DNA of 63,466 nucleotides, filler included, from Octopus bimaculoides (taxonomy: Eukaryota), in NCBI RefSeq assembly GCF_001194135.2. It is 5 parts of 4 records of this genome, joined end to end, with 100 filler letters (N's around TTAATTAATTAA, not from the genome) between each part and the next. Parts side by side here need not be neighbours in the genome. Positions count along the whole stretch, not along the records: positions 1 to 30,731 come from NC_068981.1; positions 30,832 to 47,833 come from NC_068991.1; 3 more parts are not named here. One strand, given 5' to 3'. This document shows, piece after piece, positions 26,590 to 39,449 of the stretch; position 1 is the stretch's first letter, and each line of letters starts with the position of its first letter. Both the position numbers and the translations under genes were made by a program. Below the pieces are notes generated by a model. It saw nothing but the letters and a program-made list of their open reading frames with translations. It made no database searches and was not told the origin of the DNA.

Positions 26590-26825
26590 GTAGACGGAAA
26601 CTGCGGAGAAACATACTGGATTTCAAGAAACAACTTGACCGCTTGCTATCCAAGATCCCAAATGAACCAACATCAAGGCAGGAAACTCAAAAGAGGGCAG
26701 TAGTATTGATCTCCCTCCGTCACCAAAAGCCAATCACGTAGAATTGGCCATTTAAAAAGTGACTACACTGGCGGTGCCCCAGCTTGGCCACAACCTTAGG
26801 CTTCAGACATATAAAAGAAGAAAAG
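26590..26825 (+). mobile_element. CR1-like LINE 3' end
   Basis: FKKQLDRLLSKIPNEP matches the FKxxLDxxL..PDEP C-terminal motif of CR1-type ORF2; tail ggcggtgccccagcttggccaca. Confidence 0.6.
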
Positions 26826-26865
<40 letters not shown>

Positions 26866-28011
26866 NNNNNNNNNNNNNNNNNNNNNNNNNNNNNNNNNNN
26901 NNNNNNNNNNNNNNNNNNNNNNNNNNNNNNNNNNNNNNNNNNNNNNNNNNNNNNNNNNNNNNNNNNNNNNNNNNNNNNNNNNNNNNNNNNNNNNNNNNNN
27001 NNNNNNNNNNNNNNNNNNNNNNNNNNNNNNNNNNNNNNNNNNNNNNNNNNNNNNNNNNNNNNNNNNNNNNNNNNNNNNNNNNNNNNNNNNNNNNNNNNNN
27101 NNNNNNNNNNNNNNNNNNNNNNNNNNNNNNNNNNNNNNNNNNNNNNNNNNNNNNNNNNNNNNNNNNNNNNNNNNNNNNNNNNNNNNNNNNNNNNNNNNNN
27201 NNNNNNNNNNNNNNNNNNNNNNNNNNNNNNNNNNNNNNNNNNNNNNNNNNNNNNNNNNNNNNNNNNNNNNNNNNNNNNNNNNNNNNNNNNNNNNNNNNNN
27301 NNNNNNNNNNNNNNNNNNNNNNNNNNNNNNNNNNNNNNNNNNNNNNNNNNNNNNNNNNNNNNNNNNNNNNNNNNNNNNNNNNNNNNNNNNNNNNNNNNNN
27401 NNNNNNNNNNNNNNNNNNNNNNNNNNNNNNNNNNNNNNNNNNNNNNNNNNNNNNNNNNNNNNNNNNNNNNNNNNNNNNNNNNNNNNNNNNNNNNNNNNNN
27501 NNNNNNNNNNNNNNNNNNNNNNNNNNNNNNNNNNNNNNNNNNNNNNNNNNNNNNNNNNNNNNNNNNNNNNNNNNNNTATATATATATATATATGCATCCA
27601 TATATATTGGTCATTCTGAGTTATTTCTTTTAGGTCATTTTTATTGAAATTATGCAAATGACTTGGGCAGTATATGTCTTCTACTCTTTTTTGTATAAGA
27701 CTAAGTCGTTTGGCTACTGAAAATAAAGTCGGATTATTGTTCTGCTGATGACAGCTATTGAGGTAGGAACATGCACTGTCCTGTTATCCCCAGAGAATGC
27801 GCTTGTTCTTTTTCTTAATGGCACGTCAACTTTGGAGAATCCTTGAATCTTGAGATTATTTCCTCTTCTCAAGTGGAGCTAGTTTTAATTGCGAGCCATT
27901 TAGTAATTGAGGTACTTCTTCTAGAGGCGGAGATAATTTTTACAAATCAAGAATTTATATTGTATAGTATTTTATATGTTGTATTTGTCTACATACATAC
28001 ACACATAAAGA

Positions 28012-28354
28012 GTAAAGATCCCCTTCGGTCATAAAATGACCATGAGATTGCACCTAGAAAGTTACCCCACCGAGGCACAAGTCAGGACAAGGTTGTTTTT
28101 ATGGAAGACTAGCAGTCGCCCATGCATACCAGCCTCCCCTCTCCACACCAACGATGTTATCCAAGGGAAAGGCAAAGGCTGATACAACTTGGGACTTGTG
28201 ACGTCACAACTCATTTCTACAGCTGAGTGAATTGGAGCAAAGTGAAATAAAGTGTCTTGTTCAAGAACGCAACACTCAGCCCGGTCCGAGAATCGAACTT
28301 ACTACCTCATGATTATAATCCCGACGCTATAACCACTGAGCCGTGCGCTTTCAC
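28012..28354 (-). mobile_element. SINE family B
   Basis: Reverse complement of 11911-12244. Confidence 0.85.
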
Positions 28355-28580
28355 GTGTGTGTGTGTGTGTGTGTGCGTGCTTGTTAATTTTTTGGAAGAT
28401 GATATATAAAAACTGGAGCATTGTTAATTTTTAAAAGAAGTTTGATGCTGACTGTGATTCGGACATTGAAGACGACTTGTAAACTGAAACTTCGGAGTTT
28501 AATAGAGCAGCACCTATGGATATCAAATGCATTAATATATCTCACCTGTCATTCTGTCTTTGGTATTCTTTACTCTTAGT

Positions 28581-28581
28581 T

Positions 28582-28671
<90 letters not shown>
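28581..28671. repeat. (CT)n microsatellite
   Basis: Direct inspection. Confidence 0.95.
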
Positions 28672-28673
<2 letters not shown>

Positions 28674-29621
28674 GCTATCTATCTATATCTCATCAGATGT
28701 TGTTAATGATTTCCTGGGACAATGAAACACCAAAGCAACGATATTTCGCCAATGTAATACACTTTTTCTACGGAGTTTGCGATGGTCTTGAAAACTCATC
28801 TATAAAGTTTTCGGCTGCTTTATAATCACCTGACGTTTTATCAACACGAATCTTTGAATATTTAATGTCATACGATTTCATAAATTTTTGTAATCATCTT
28901 CCAATATTCACTTTTTTTTTTAGTGTTAATCAATCCATTAAGCTTGATATATTCACTCTAATGCTGACGAACCTACTCTATCAACAGACGATCATTTATT
29001 TTTATTCTATGTAATGTTTGTTTTGTTTTGCTTCTGGTTTTGGTATGTGCTTTTATTGCTCTATCTCTCTCTCTCTCTCTCCATTTTTTTTACTTCTGTT
29101 TTTATCACATTCAACAAAGAGGCTCAACAATTTATCTTTCAGCTTCTTTAAGTTATACGGCGATTGTTCGAATGTCAAAACTCTTCAATCACATTCACAC
29201 CGTCGTCGAGGTTTCTCAAACGATTTGACTGCTTGTATTAATGACAAATATAAACGCTTTCTCTTTCTTTATCTGTTCACTATTACTCGGGAAGATATCT
29301 GCAGGCTTTTTCGACACTTTCAACGCAAAATGTGAGGTAAGTAATACACAGTTACTGATAATAAACTGACTCCAACTTAGCTGGGCCGTACAATTTTAGT
29401 CTACACCGGATAATGTCTTTCCTAACAATAACAACTCGATGCAAGATTAGCAACACCTGTCAATTTCCAGGAAACCTTCCGGGAAATTTCTAGAATTTTC
29501 CATTTGCGCTGCTTCTCTTACTCCAACTGTTACAAATTTTTCGGAATTTCACATCAAGGATTATCAGATATGTGCGTATATAGAGATACATGTTTATATA
29601 TATATATATATATATACATGC

Positions 29622-29655
<34 letters not shown>

Positions 29656-29793
29656 ATTTATATGTATATATATATATATGTATATATGTAATATATATAT
29701 ATATATATNNNNNNNNNNGTGTGTTTGTATATATTGATAGAAAGGACAACAAAAGAAAGAAAGAGACCTCGATATTATGTAAATAGATGAATT

Positions 29794-30696
29794 TATCTGT
29801 AAAAATATGTGACACTTATTCGGTAGCCATGATAAAACTCCGAGTTTCGGATGCCGGGGTGGGAACCCACGCCAACATCTCTTCAGTTGTCCGGCCATTG
29901 AAAATTCTTGTGAAAAATGAGTTAAACAAAGGGAAATTACTGTGTAGTTGACCGTTATTAAGATAAAAGTGCTATAGACCGCTAAGTAAGGGGAGGGGGT
30001 AAAGGTAAGGGAGTAGAAAAGTCTATAGTGTTTGCGTAAGTGCACCAATCCGTACATTCGCCTATATGTATATACTAAACCATCCTCGCTTGAAACACAC
30101 ACATGCTCACCCACATACTCGCCAAAAACTATACATATATGTACATATACATATATATACCCGCATACACGGATATACCCACATACACACCCACACACAC
30201 ACGCACTCAACAACCTCGCACCCATACACACGCACGCAAAAAAAATTTATATGGCTAAAAGCAAAATACAGAAGAAAGTGTGAAAAGGCTATAAGGTTAA
30301 AACGCGTCTAACATGCGCATATATTCGCGTGCACGCACACACATCTATATACACACGTACCCGCAAACACGCACACATTCACAAGCGCGCATATAAGATT
30401 CCATGTACGTGTCTATAGACGCACAGGAAAAAAAGCAGGGTGGAGGGAAGAAAACAGAAAAAATATGTGTGGAAAAATACAAAACATAAACTCTATAATT
30501 ACTTAGCGATCTATAGCTCTTTTGTCTTAATAACGGTCAACCACACAGTAATTTCCCTTTGTTTAACGGACATTTTTCACAGGAATTTTCAATGGCCGGA
30601 TAACTGAAGAGATGTTCGCGTGAGTTCCCACCCCGGCATCCGAAACTCGGAGTTTTATCATGGCTACCGAATAAGTGTCACATATTTTTACAGATA
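29794..30696. mobile_element. Foldback/MITE-like element with about 197-bp terminal inverted repeats
   Basis: 29794-29989 and 30499-30696 are high-identity reverse complements (TATCTGTAAAAATATGTGACACTTATTCGGTAGCCATG...); TA at both ends; non-coding AC-rich interior. Confidence 0.85.
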
Positions 30697-30731
30697 TATT
30701 TGTATATATATGTGTGTGTGTGTGTGTGTGT

Positions 30732-30831
30732 NNNNNNNNNNNNNNNNNNNNNNNNNNNNNNNNNNNNNNNNNNNNTTAATTAATTAANNNNNNNNNNNNN
30801 NNNNNNNNNNNNNNNNNNNNNNNNNNNNNNN
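30732..30831. other. Artificial contig linker (same at 47834-47933, 50319-50418, 59890-59989)
   Basis: Exactly 44 N + TTAATTAATTAA + 44 N four times; the 12-mer has stops in all six frames. Confidence 0.95.
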
Positions 30832-31583
30832 TATATATATATGTATGTATGTATGTATATGTATATATAGTTTTAGGGAAAAGAACCAAGGTTCATGAAC
30901 TCATCGATGAAAATCCACTGTCACATATAGAAAAATTAATATTATTTTATATATATACATATATCTCGGAACTCTATTTAGGTTTATTAACTGTGCACCA
31001 GCAGATACACGCACGCGTGTCTGCCTGTATGTATATACTTATATATATATATATACATAGTCTATCCATGCATGATCTGTAAAAAAAAAAAAAAAAGAAA
31101 TGTGTTTTGCTCTGAAAGATTCACTTGATTAGACGTGCTCGAGAGACGACAATTTTGATGTCGGAAAGTGACGGATGCCGTCAATTGTATAAATACATGT
31201 TTCTATGAACAAACTCCGTTTTTTGTTTCTTTTATATTCCTTTTTTTTTTTACCTGTTACTTTTGCTGTTATTATAGCAGCGGGGAGCACTCTACTAAGT
31301 TGTTTCTATGGCTGCTACTACCGGCTGACTTTTACCTCCATCGTTTTTGATCTTACTCTCCTCCACCTCTTCCCTGCATAGCTTGAAGCGCCGTGATGTC
31401 CAGCCATGAAACGCAGGATGGTAAATCTTATTAACAGGAACAGCCACGATCAAACAAACCCAATGGGGGAAAATTTCCACATGTTAAATCATCCGATGTA
31501 TTCATAACAATAGCGTCTTTTGAAAAATTATAATGAGGGCAACACCTATGGAACGTATCAGGAGCAGAAAGGTCAATCGACCA

Positions 31584-31600
31584 TTATCGAGATGATGATA

Positions 31601-31632
<32 letters not shown>

Positions 31633-32170
31633 GATGATGATGATGGTGGTAGTGGTGGTGGTGNNNNNNNNNNNNNNNNNNNNNNNNNNNNNNNNNNNNN
31701 NNNNNNNNNNNNNNNNNNNNNNNNNNNNNNNNNNNNNNNNNNNNNNNNNNNNNNNNNNNNNNNNNNNNNNNNNNNNNNNNNNNNNNNNNNNNNNNNNNNN
31801 NNNNNNNNNNNNNNNNNNNNNNNNNNNNNNNNNNNNNNNNNNNNNNNNNNNNNNNNNNNNNNNNNNNNGTGGTGACGATGACGATGATGATGATGATGAT
31901 GACGACGACGATGACAATGATGATGATGATGATGGCGATAATGATGGCGATGACGACAGTGATGACGATGGTGAGCTGTCAGAGGGAGAGGGGGAGAATG
32001 ACAACGATGATGACGATGATATGATAATGAGGTGGTGGTGGTGGCGATAATGATAATATCGATGATGATGACGACGACGACGATGATGGTGATGAACATG
32101 ACGGTGATGATGGTGTTAACGATGATGATGATGATGATGATGATGGTGGTGGTAGTTATGGTGATCATGA
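31584..32170. repeat. Compound (GAT)n/(GGT)n microsatellite array with gap
   Basis: Direct inspection. Confidence 0.95.
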
Positions 32171-32204
32171 TGACAACTGCTATTATGGTGATTAATATTT
32201 AAAA

Positions 32205-32880
32205 ATTAATTTCTTTTATTGATCACAAGGGACAAAAACATTACAAAAGGGGAAAAATTAAAATAAAACAATAAACAAAAACAATAAGCGATTTACTAGG
32301 AGTAAAAGATCAACACAGCAATAAAAACAGTAAAAAATAACAATAACAACGCCAAAATAGCAAGAAATGATCGCCCTCCTAATGGCGGGTGGCAACCACC
32401 TAGAGTAATCCTGACATACCCAAGACCATTTCTTACTTCTAGTTCTTGCGTCCAGTCTATAGCCACCTTAGGCAGACAAATTTTACCCGGCCATTTTTGC
32501 TACTGGGGGTGGGAAAGCATCTCTCTTTCAACACGCATCATTCTCTTTTAATAATACTTGAAGTTGACGAAGGGTTTGTCCTAACAAGAAAAATTCTGTC
32601 CTCAAAACGTTTCAACCATGTCCCCAACACATCAAATAACACATCCACCAGAGAGAGGGAGAAAATCCATTCTTCCTTCCCAAAGAGAGGCAGTGGTTCG
32701 ATCCTCACCGTAGACTTGGCTGACGGTGGGATCCATCCCACACGTAGCATTATTCATGTTCCTCACACACAATGAATATGTTCACACAAGGAATATGGTC
32801 ATGCCGGATGGCTTCGTCACACTGTGAACATCTCGAGCGGGTTCGAAAGTTGACGGCTCCAAAACAGTCAGGCCATAATT
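32205..32880 (-). mobile_element. Tx1/L1-like LINE 3' fragment
   Basis: Minus strand GWIPPSAKSTVRIEPLPLFGKEEW.. resembles the C-terminus upstream of the 22936-23420 fragment; similar T-rich 3' UTR. Confidence 0.5.
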
Positions 32881-32944
32881 AATTCATTAAATTAATTAAC
32901 AACAACGATAATATTATTGTTGTTATTATTATTATTATTATTAT

Positions 32945-34150
32945 TTTCATACACACACAACAGATTAGATTGTTGGAAAAGAAAAATTCCTAACATCGGG
33001 CTACAACAAGTAACCTCAGATGCCAAGAACCCTCCTAAGTATCCTAGCTTTCCCTAATAACACTGTTTTCTGCAGCTGTACTAAACTGGCTTTTATGCCT
33101 ATTTCCTCCATCCATCTGTTCAAATTTTCAGGGATAGTTCCTAATACACCTATAACTACTGGAATACATTTTACCCGCACTTTCCATAGTCTCTGTAATT
33201 CAATGGCTAAGTCCTGGTACTTTGCTGATTTTTCTATACCTCTCATATTGATTCTTTCATCATTTGTGACTGTAAAGTCAATTATCTGGCATTTTTTATT
33301 TTCTTTATCTATTACTACTAAATCAGGCCTTCGAGCATTTATTACTCTGTCAGTCTGAATGTTAAAGTCCCACAGCATTTTATATTTCTTATTTTCTAGT
33401 ATTTTACTAGGTTCATATTCATATCATTTATCAGTATGTTCAAATCCTAGCTTTTTAAATAACTCCCAGTTGATTACTTTCCCTAGGTTGTTATGTTTTT
33501 CCTTGTATTCTTTCTGTGGCAGCATGCTACATTCACTTACTATATGAGTTACTATATGAGTAACACTTTCCTCTTTTGATTTGCTTAACCTACATTGGGA
33601 ATTTACTTGGTTTTTATCTATCTTGGCTTTTATTCAATTAGTCCTTAATGCTTGATCTTGTGCTACTACTAACAAACTTTGTCTTTCTTTTCAGCCTTCC
33701 TTTCTGCAATCATAACCATGTTCTTACTAATACTATTTGCTGCAACTAGCTTTGGAAATCTATCAAGCAAAGCCTTCTCCTGCTAGTCAGATAACTTTTG
33801 TTCTTTTTTCAGTTTTTAACTTCTTCTTGTGATTTTACAGCTCTTAATAAACTTACTTCACTATTACCTACATAAGAGTCTATGTCTACTCACGCAGTCT
33901 TCTACTGATATTAACCCTCTTCCACCTTCCTTTCTAGGTAGGTATAATCTTGTTACTCCTGTCCTTGGATGGAGTCTTCCATTCATATCGAATTCATTCC
34001 TAGTTCTTCTGTCTAACTTTGATAATTCAGTTTTTGTTCCATCTACAAAAGCTGCTCAGTATCTAAGTAATGATACTGCCCGAGTATTTACAGCTTTCAC
34101 TAGATTCGGACTATTTAGCTTTGACTTTATTTGCTTCCTTACTATCACAA
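32945..34150 (-). mobile_element. 5'-truncated R4/Dong-like RLE LINE (zinc knuckle + RLE pseudogene)
   Basis: AQDQALRTN..CRLSKSKEESVTHIV..SEC..KHNNLGKVINWEL..MLWDFNIQTDRVINARRPDLVVIDKENKKCQIIDF..KSAKYQDL..LGKARILRRVLGI*; 3' UTR ends in (AAT)n. Confidence 0.9.
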
Positions 34151-34589
34151 AATACTATCACAAAACACGTGATAGTATTTCGTCTGTCATCACATTCTGA
34201 GTTCAAATTCCACTGAATTCGACTTTACCTTTCATCCTTTCGGAATCGATAAAGTAAGTACCCGTCGAGTACTGGATTCGATTTAATCTACTGCCACTTC
34301 CCCAAAAATTTCAGGCCTTACACCTATACTAGAAGGAATTATTATTATTCGCATATGCCTTTGCTTTCTCTCAAATTATATATATAACAAAAATATAATC
34401 CCTACAAGAAAAACCAAAATACAATATCACATGGATATATAATCCAGTATTTATAGAAAGTCATACGTTATTACTTGGAGTGGATGGAAATTCGATTAAT
34501 AGGAAAATACAGAGGCACGAAATTCATCGAAGTATTTTCTGATTTACTGTAATATTCATTTCTTCTGTTTATGGCAAAACGATTATTCG

Positions 34590-34615
34590 TTCCGTCACTT
34601 CCTGCGAGATTTGCG
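34590..34615 (-). promoter_or_regulatory. Possible core-promoter motif cluster (ETS-CRE-like GGAAGTGACG next to TCTCGC-like)
   Basis: Minus strand cgcaaatctcgcaggaagtgacgga in a CpG-bearing unique patch; motif match only. Confidence 0.25.
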
Positions 34616-34683
34616 CTAGCCCAACCATAGCTTATATATATATATACATACATAAATACATTTATCTGTACATACACACACAG

Positions 34684-34758
<75 letters not shown>

Positions 34759-35154
34759 AAGAGAGTAAGAGTGTGGCAGTCGTTGAAATATTTTCTGACG
34801 ACTATTGAGTTTGGTATCAGCGAAACATTTCCCCCTTAATAGAAGATATTTTATCAAATGTTATGTTAATTGGTATTCGGTACTGTGATGTTAACCTGAA
34901 TATTTCAATTTATTGCTGCATACATATTTAACCAACTCTATTATTTACAATTTTGAGTACTTCTTTCGTGATATTTTTCTGTATCGGAAAACTGCAGTAT
35001 TGGTTGTGTAAATTCGAGTGTGTATGTGTGTGTGTATACGCGTGTGTGTATGAGGATCGAAGTGCGTGTATACATTCATATGTAGATATGATGAGTGTAT
35101 GCGTATACATGTATATATATTTGTGAATGTATATATATTTGTGAATGTATATAT

Positions 35155-35465
35155 ATCTTTACTTTTACTTGTTTCAGTCACTGGATGGCTGCCTTGCTAA
35201 GACACCACCTTGAAGGTTTGTCGAACAAACTCACACCAGTACATTTTATATAATATATCGGGTACTTATTCTATCCCCTTTGTTGCCAAACAGCTATGTT
35301 ACGGGAACGTTAACAAACCAACACCAGTTTTCAGGTGGTGGTGGTGGAGAAAAACATAAGCACAAAAACACACATACGTATATATACATATGAGTGTGTG
35401 TGTGTCTGTCTGTGTGTATGGCAGGCTTCTTTCAGTTACTGCCATACAGTCACACCTGCGCCTAT
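35155..35465 (-). mobile_element. SINE family A, partly deleted
   Basis: Tail cttttacttgtttcagtc, body gttacgggaacgttaac, head remnant. Confidence 0.75.
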
Positions 35466-37583
35466 ACATACTTTACATATACATGTTAATACATGTATGT
35501 GTGTGTGTTTATGTATATCTAAATATACATGTCCAAACATATATAGAATTTAGTTGTTTTCATTCGCAAAATATGTATTGTTTAAAAGACAGTAAAAAAT
35601 CTGAAAATCGGCTATAATAATGTAGCCTTCCAGTCTCATTGCTTTGAAGGTTTGATGTTGAGGAGAAAACAAATTGGAGAAAAAGTTACAGAGGTTTAAA
35701 AAGCGAAAAAACTGGGTATTTTTAGCCAATAGCGAGACAGAAATTCTCTGCGTTTAGCGGAGCGTTATCAACTTTAAGGTAGTACTCTATAAAATTTATA
35801 GTTTAGCGTCTGACCCGATCATTGTAGGTTTCTAAATAAAAAGAAATATCTAATAAAATCAACACGTATCATCTTACTTTTTTTGTTTTTTTTTGTCTCT
35901 TTATTGATTGTAATTTTTTTTTATCATTTTAAAAAATTTGTTATATTAATATATTTGTCTGCACGTGTTTATGCATATTTTAGTATTATGTATACCAGTC
36001 ATGTATTTGTGTATATCATTAATATATAAGTGCATGTATGTGAAAAGGGGGCGTCTGTTTCCAGAACTCCAAAGTTGAGTAACGTTTTCTTGCTTGGATT
36101 TGTAAATTGAAATAAGAATAACACTGGTCAACAAAGAATTTGTCCCAAGAAAAAGAATACCTGTATCTTATATGTTTTTGCATTCTGAATTCAAAAATAA
36201 TGTCAAATTATCTGTGTCACCCACAGTTTCTCTGTTCCACGATATCCCTCTCAGTTCCTGTTACTTGGGCTAAATTTCAGTTAAGCTGTCGAAATGTCAA
36301 GCTAACGGTTTAAAAAATACTCCTAATTTAAATTTTTATGAATAGAATTAACCTAGTGAAATCATAAATCCAGCTATCTGAGTCCAATGAGTCCCAAAAA
36401 CATCTGAAATGAAAAATATGCAAAAATACTAACACACAGAAGCACAGAAAAAATATGTAATATACTAACACACAGAAAAATTAAAACAAGACACGCGGGT
36501 GAAAAGAATCTTGTGGTGTGAAGAATTAAGTGTGAAAAATCAACATAGACAACAGCGGCAGAGACAACTGTGAACCACAACACAGCGTGCGGTTGTCATG
36601 GTAACAAACTGCTAATGCCACGCTGTTTGTTTGTTGATTGGCTGAAATTACCCAAATTTCCCAGTTTTAATTCCAAATGACATCAGATTCTTTAATTTAC
36701 GAGATAAAGTAGTTGGNNNNNNNNNNNNNNNNNNNNNNNNNNNNNNNNNNNNNNNNNNNNNNNNNNNNNNNNNNNNNNNNNNNNNNNNNNNNNNNNNNNN
36801 NNNNNNNNNNNNNNNNNNNNNNNNNNNNNNNNNNNNNNNNNNNNNNNNNNNNNNNNNNNNNNNNNNNNNNNNNNNNNNNNNNNNNNNNNNNNNNNNNNNN
36901 NNNNNNNNNNNNNNNNNNNNNNNNNNNNNNNNNNNNNNNNNNNNNNNNNNNNNNNNNNNNNNNNNNNNNNNNNNNNNNNNNNNNNNNNNNNNNNNNNNNN
37001 NNNNNNNNNNNNNNNNNNNNNNNNNNNNGAAGTCTGAGTTTTCCAGCAACAGAGTTTTGTTTCGTGGGGTTTTTGCGGAAGGTCAAAATAGGTAACACAA
37101 ACAGGACAGTCAAAACAAACAGGAAGGGCTGCTTAGCCTAAACGAGGTTGTGGTGGCGAACGCGTAAATCAAGCTAGGACAGGAGACAAACAAGAACATG
37201 TCTTCCTTGTTCCAGTTACAACGGAAAGAAAGAAAGAAAGACGGCCGATGGTCACGTGGGAGCCAAGTGAGGAAGGGAGGAGAAGTGAGGGAGAGAGAGA
37301 CAGAGTAATAGGATAGAATAGTCGGAGAAGAGGAGGTAAAAGAATAAGAGAGAGAAAAACGAAAGAGTAAAATGATCGTATAGAGTGCGCATCAGAATTA
37401 TTAATATAAAACTTACTTGGTAGAGGATGTGTGGCGTTCAATCATATAATAATATAAATAATATATATATATGTACATACTTACATATACACGTATATAT
37501 ATATATGCATATATGGGCACAGGATGTCACGAAACGTGTACAACAAAAAAGTACGAAGTATGTACATATGGTATGTATGTATA

Positions 37584-37629
<46 letters not shown>

Positions 37630-37630
<1 letters not shown>

Positions 37631-38035
37631 CTTTTATCTTTTACCTGTTTCAGTCATCAGACTACGGCTATGCTGTGTCACCGCTCTGAATTTTTAGTCG
37701 ATTGAACTGACCCCAGTACTCATTTTTTAAGCCTGATACTAATTCTATCGGTCCCTTTTGCTGAACCGCCAAGTTACGGAGACGTAAACACACCCACACC
37801 GGTTGTCAAGTGGTGATGAGGAGGGGTCAAACACAGACACACACACATAAATATATGACCATATATATACGACAGGCTTCTTTCAGTTTCCACCAATCAA
37901 ATCCACTCACAAGGGTTTGGTCGGCCCAAGGATATAGTAGAAACACTTTGCCAAAGTGCCACGCAGTGGGACTGAAACCTGAACCACGTGATTGGGAAAC
38001 AAGCTTCTTACCACCCAGCCGTTCCTGCGGTGCAT
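37630..38035 (-). mobile_element. SINE family A, full length
   Basis: Reverse complement of the family A layout. Confidence 0.85.
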
Positions 38036-38099
38036 ATATATACATACTCATAAAGAGTCTTGCAAACCAAGTACAAAAACAATGTATATATATAATGAA

Positions 38100-38335
38100 A
38101 GTGCGTGGTTCACTGGTTAAGGTATTCGGCTCACGATCGTCAGGTCGTGGGTCCAATTTTCAGCGTTGCGTTGTGTCCTTGAGCAAGACACTTTATTTCA
38201 CGTTGCTCTAGTCCACTCAAAGGGCCAGCTTTGTCACACTGTCACGCTAAATCTCAGCCACTTGCACGTTCACTAACAGGCTGTTCCGTTGATCGGATCA
38301 ACTGGAATCCTTGTCATCGTAACCGACGGAGTGGT
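38100..38335 (+). mobile_element. tRNA-headed SINE related to family B (shared CORE-like block, different 3' part)
   Basis: gtgcgtggttcactggttaagg..gtgtccttgagcaagacactttatttcacgttgctc. Confidence 0.7.
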
Positions 38336-39449
38336 AATATGTATGTATGTATACATATATATATATNNNNNNNNNNNNNNNNNNNNNNNNNNNNNNNNNN
38401 NNNNNNNNNNNNNNNNNNNNNNNNNNNNNNNNNNNNNNNNNNNNNNNNNNNNNNNNNNNNNNNNNNNNNNNNNNNNNNNNNNNNNNNNNNNNNNNNNNNN
38501 NNNNNNNNNNNNNNNNNNNNNNNNNNNNNNNNNNNNNNNNNNNNNNNNNNNNNNNNNNNNNNNNNNNNNNNNNNNNNNNNNNNNNNNNNNNNNNNNNNNN
38601 NNNNNTATTCGCACACACATAAATACAAATATATACTTAGACATACTAATATACGTACACATAGACACACGCGCAATGCAGTGTCCTCTTAACAGTGAAG
38701 ACTGTTTCTAAAACTGTTGAAAAAAAAAATAGAACACAAATAAAGCTAGCTTCCCCACTACCACCATATTACACACTGCCGCCATTAAACACCAACTCAA
38801 GCTTTCTTTAACTAATAGATCCGTAAAAAAATAGTCATATTACTTTTACAGCGTGGTATCTTATTAATGAATTTAATGTCTGTTGTAGTAGTATTAGTAA
38901 TAGCAGCAGCAGCAGCATTGCAGTAGCAGTTTATTAACAACCTGATTGTCAAATATAGTCAACACTTAACTGACTTTCGGCAATAAGTTGGTCAAAAACT
39001 GGTGACTTTTAACCATTAGACAAACACGTGATTAATTGTTATTGATTTTATAGTTTCGCCCACGATTAGCTCTTTTGGAGCAGTGTTATAATTAAAGGCC
39101 TTATTTTTTTATTTTTTTATACCGTCTCAAAAAGCAGTATGTCTGAAACGTGATCAAATAGTGACAGTTTGATATTGAATTCCTTAAAGAATTATGGCGG
39201 AGAAGAGTCTTGGATTCGGCTGGGGGAGACATTGAATATTTCAGTGTAATATGTCAGATATTTGATACAAGTGGGGCAATAACCTGAGAACATAGACCAC
39301 ACAGACTGGTCAATGTACGAGTAGACAATGACCATAATAATTGTATGTATGTATGTATGTAAGTAGGTAGGTAGGTAGGTAGGTAGGTAGGTAGGTAGGC
39401 ACTTACGTGGATAAACAAATTAAATATAAAACCTTGGATTTTATGTACG

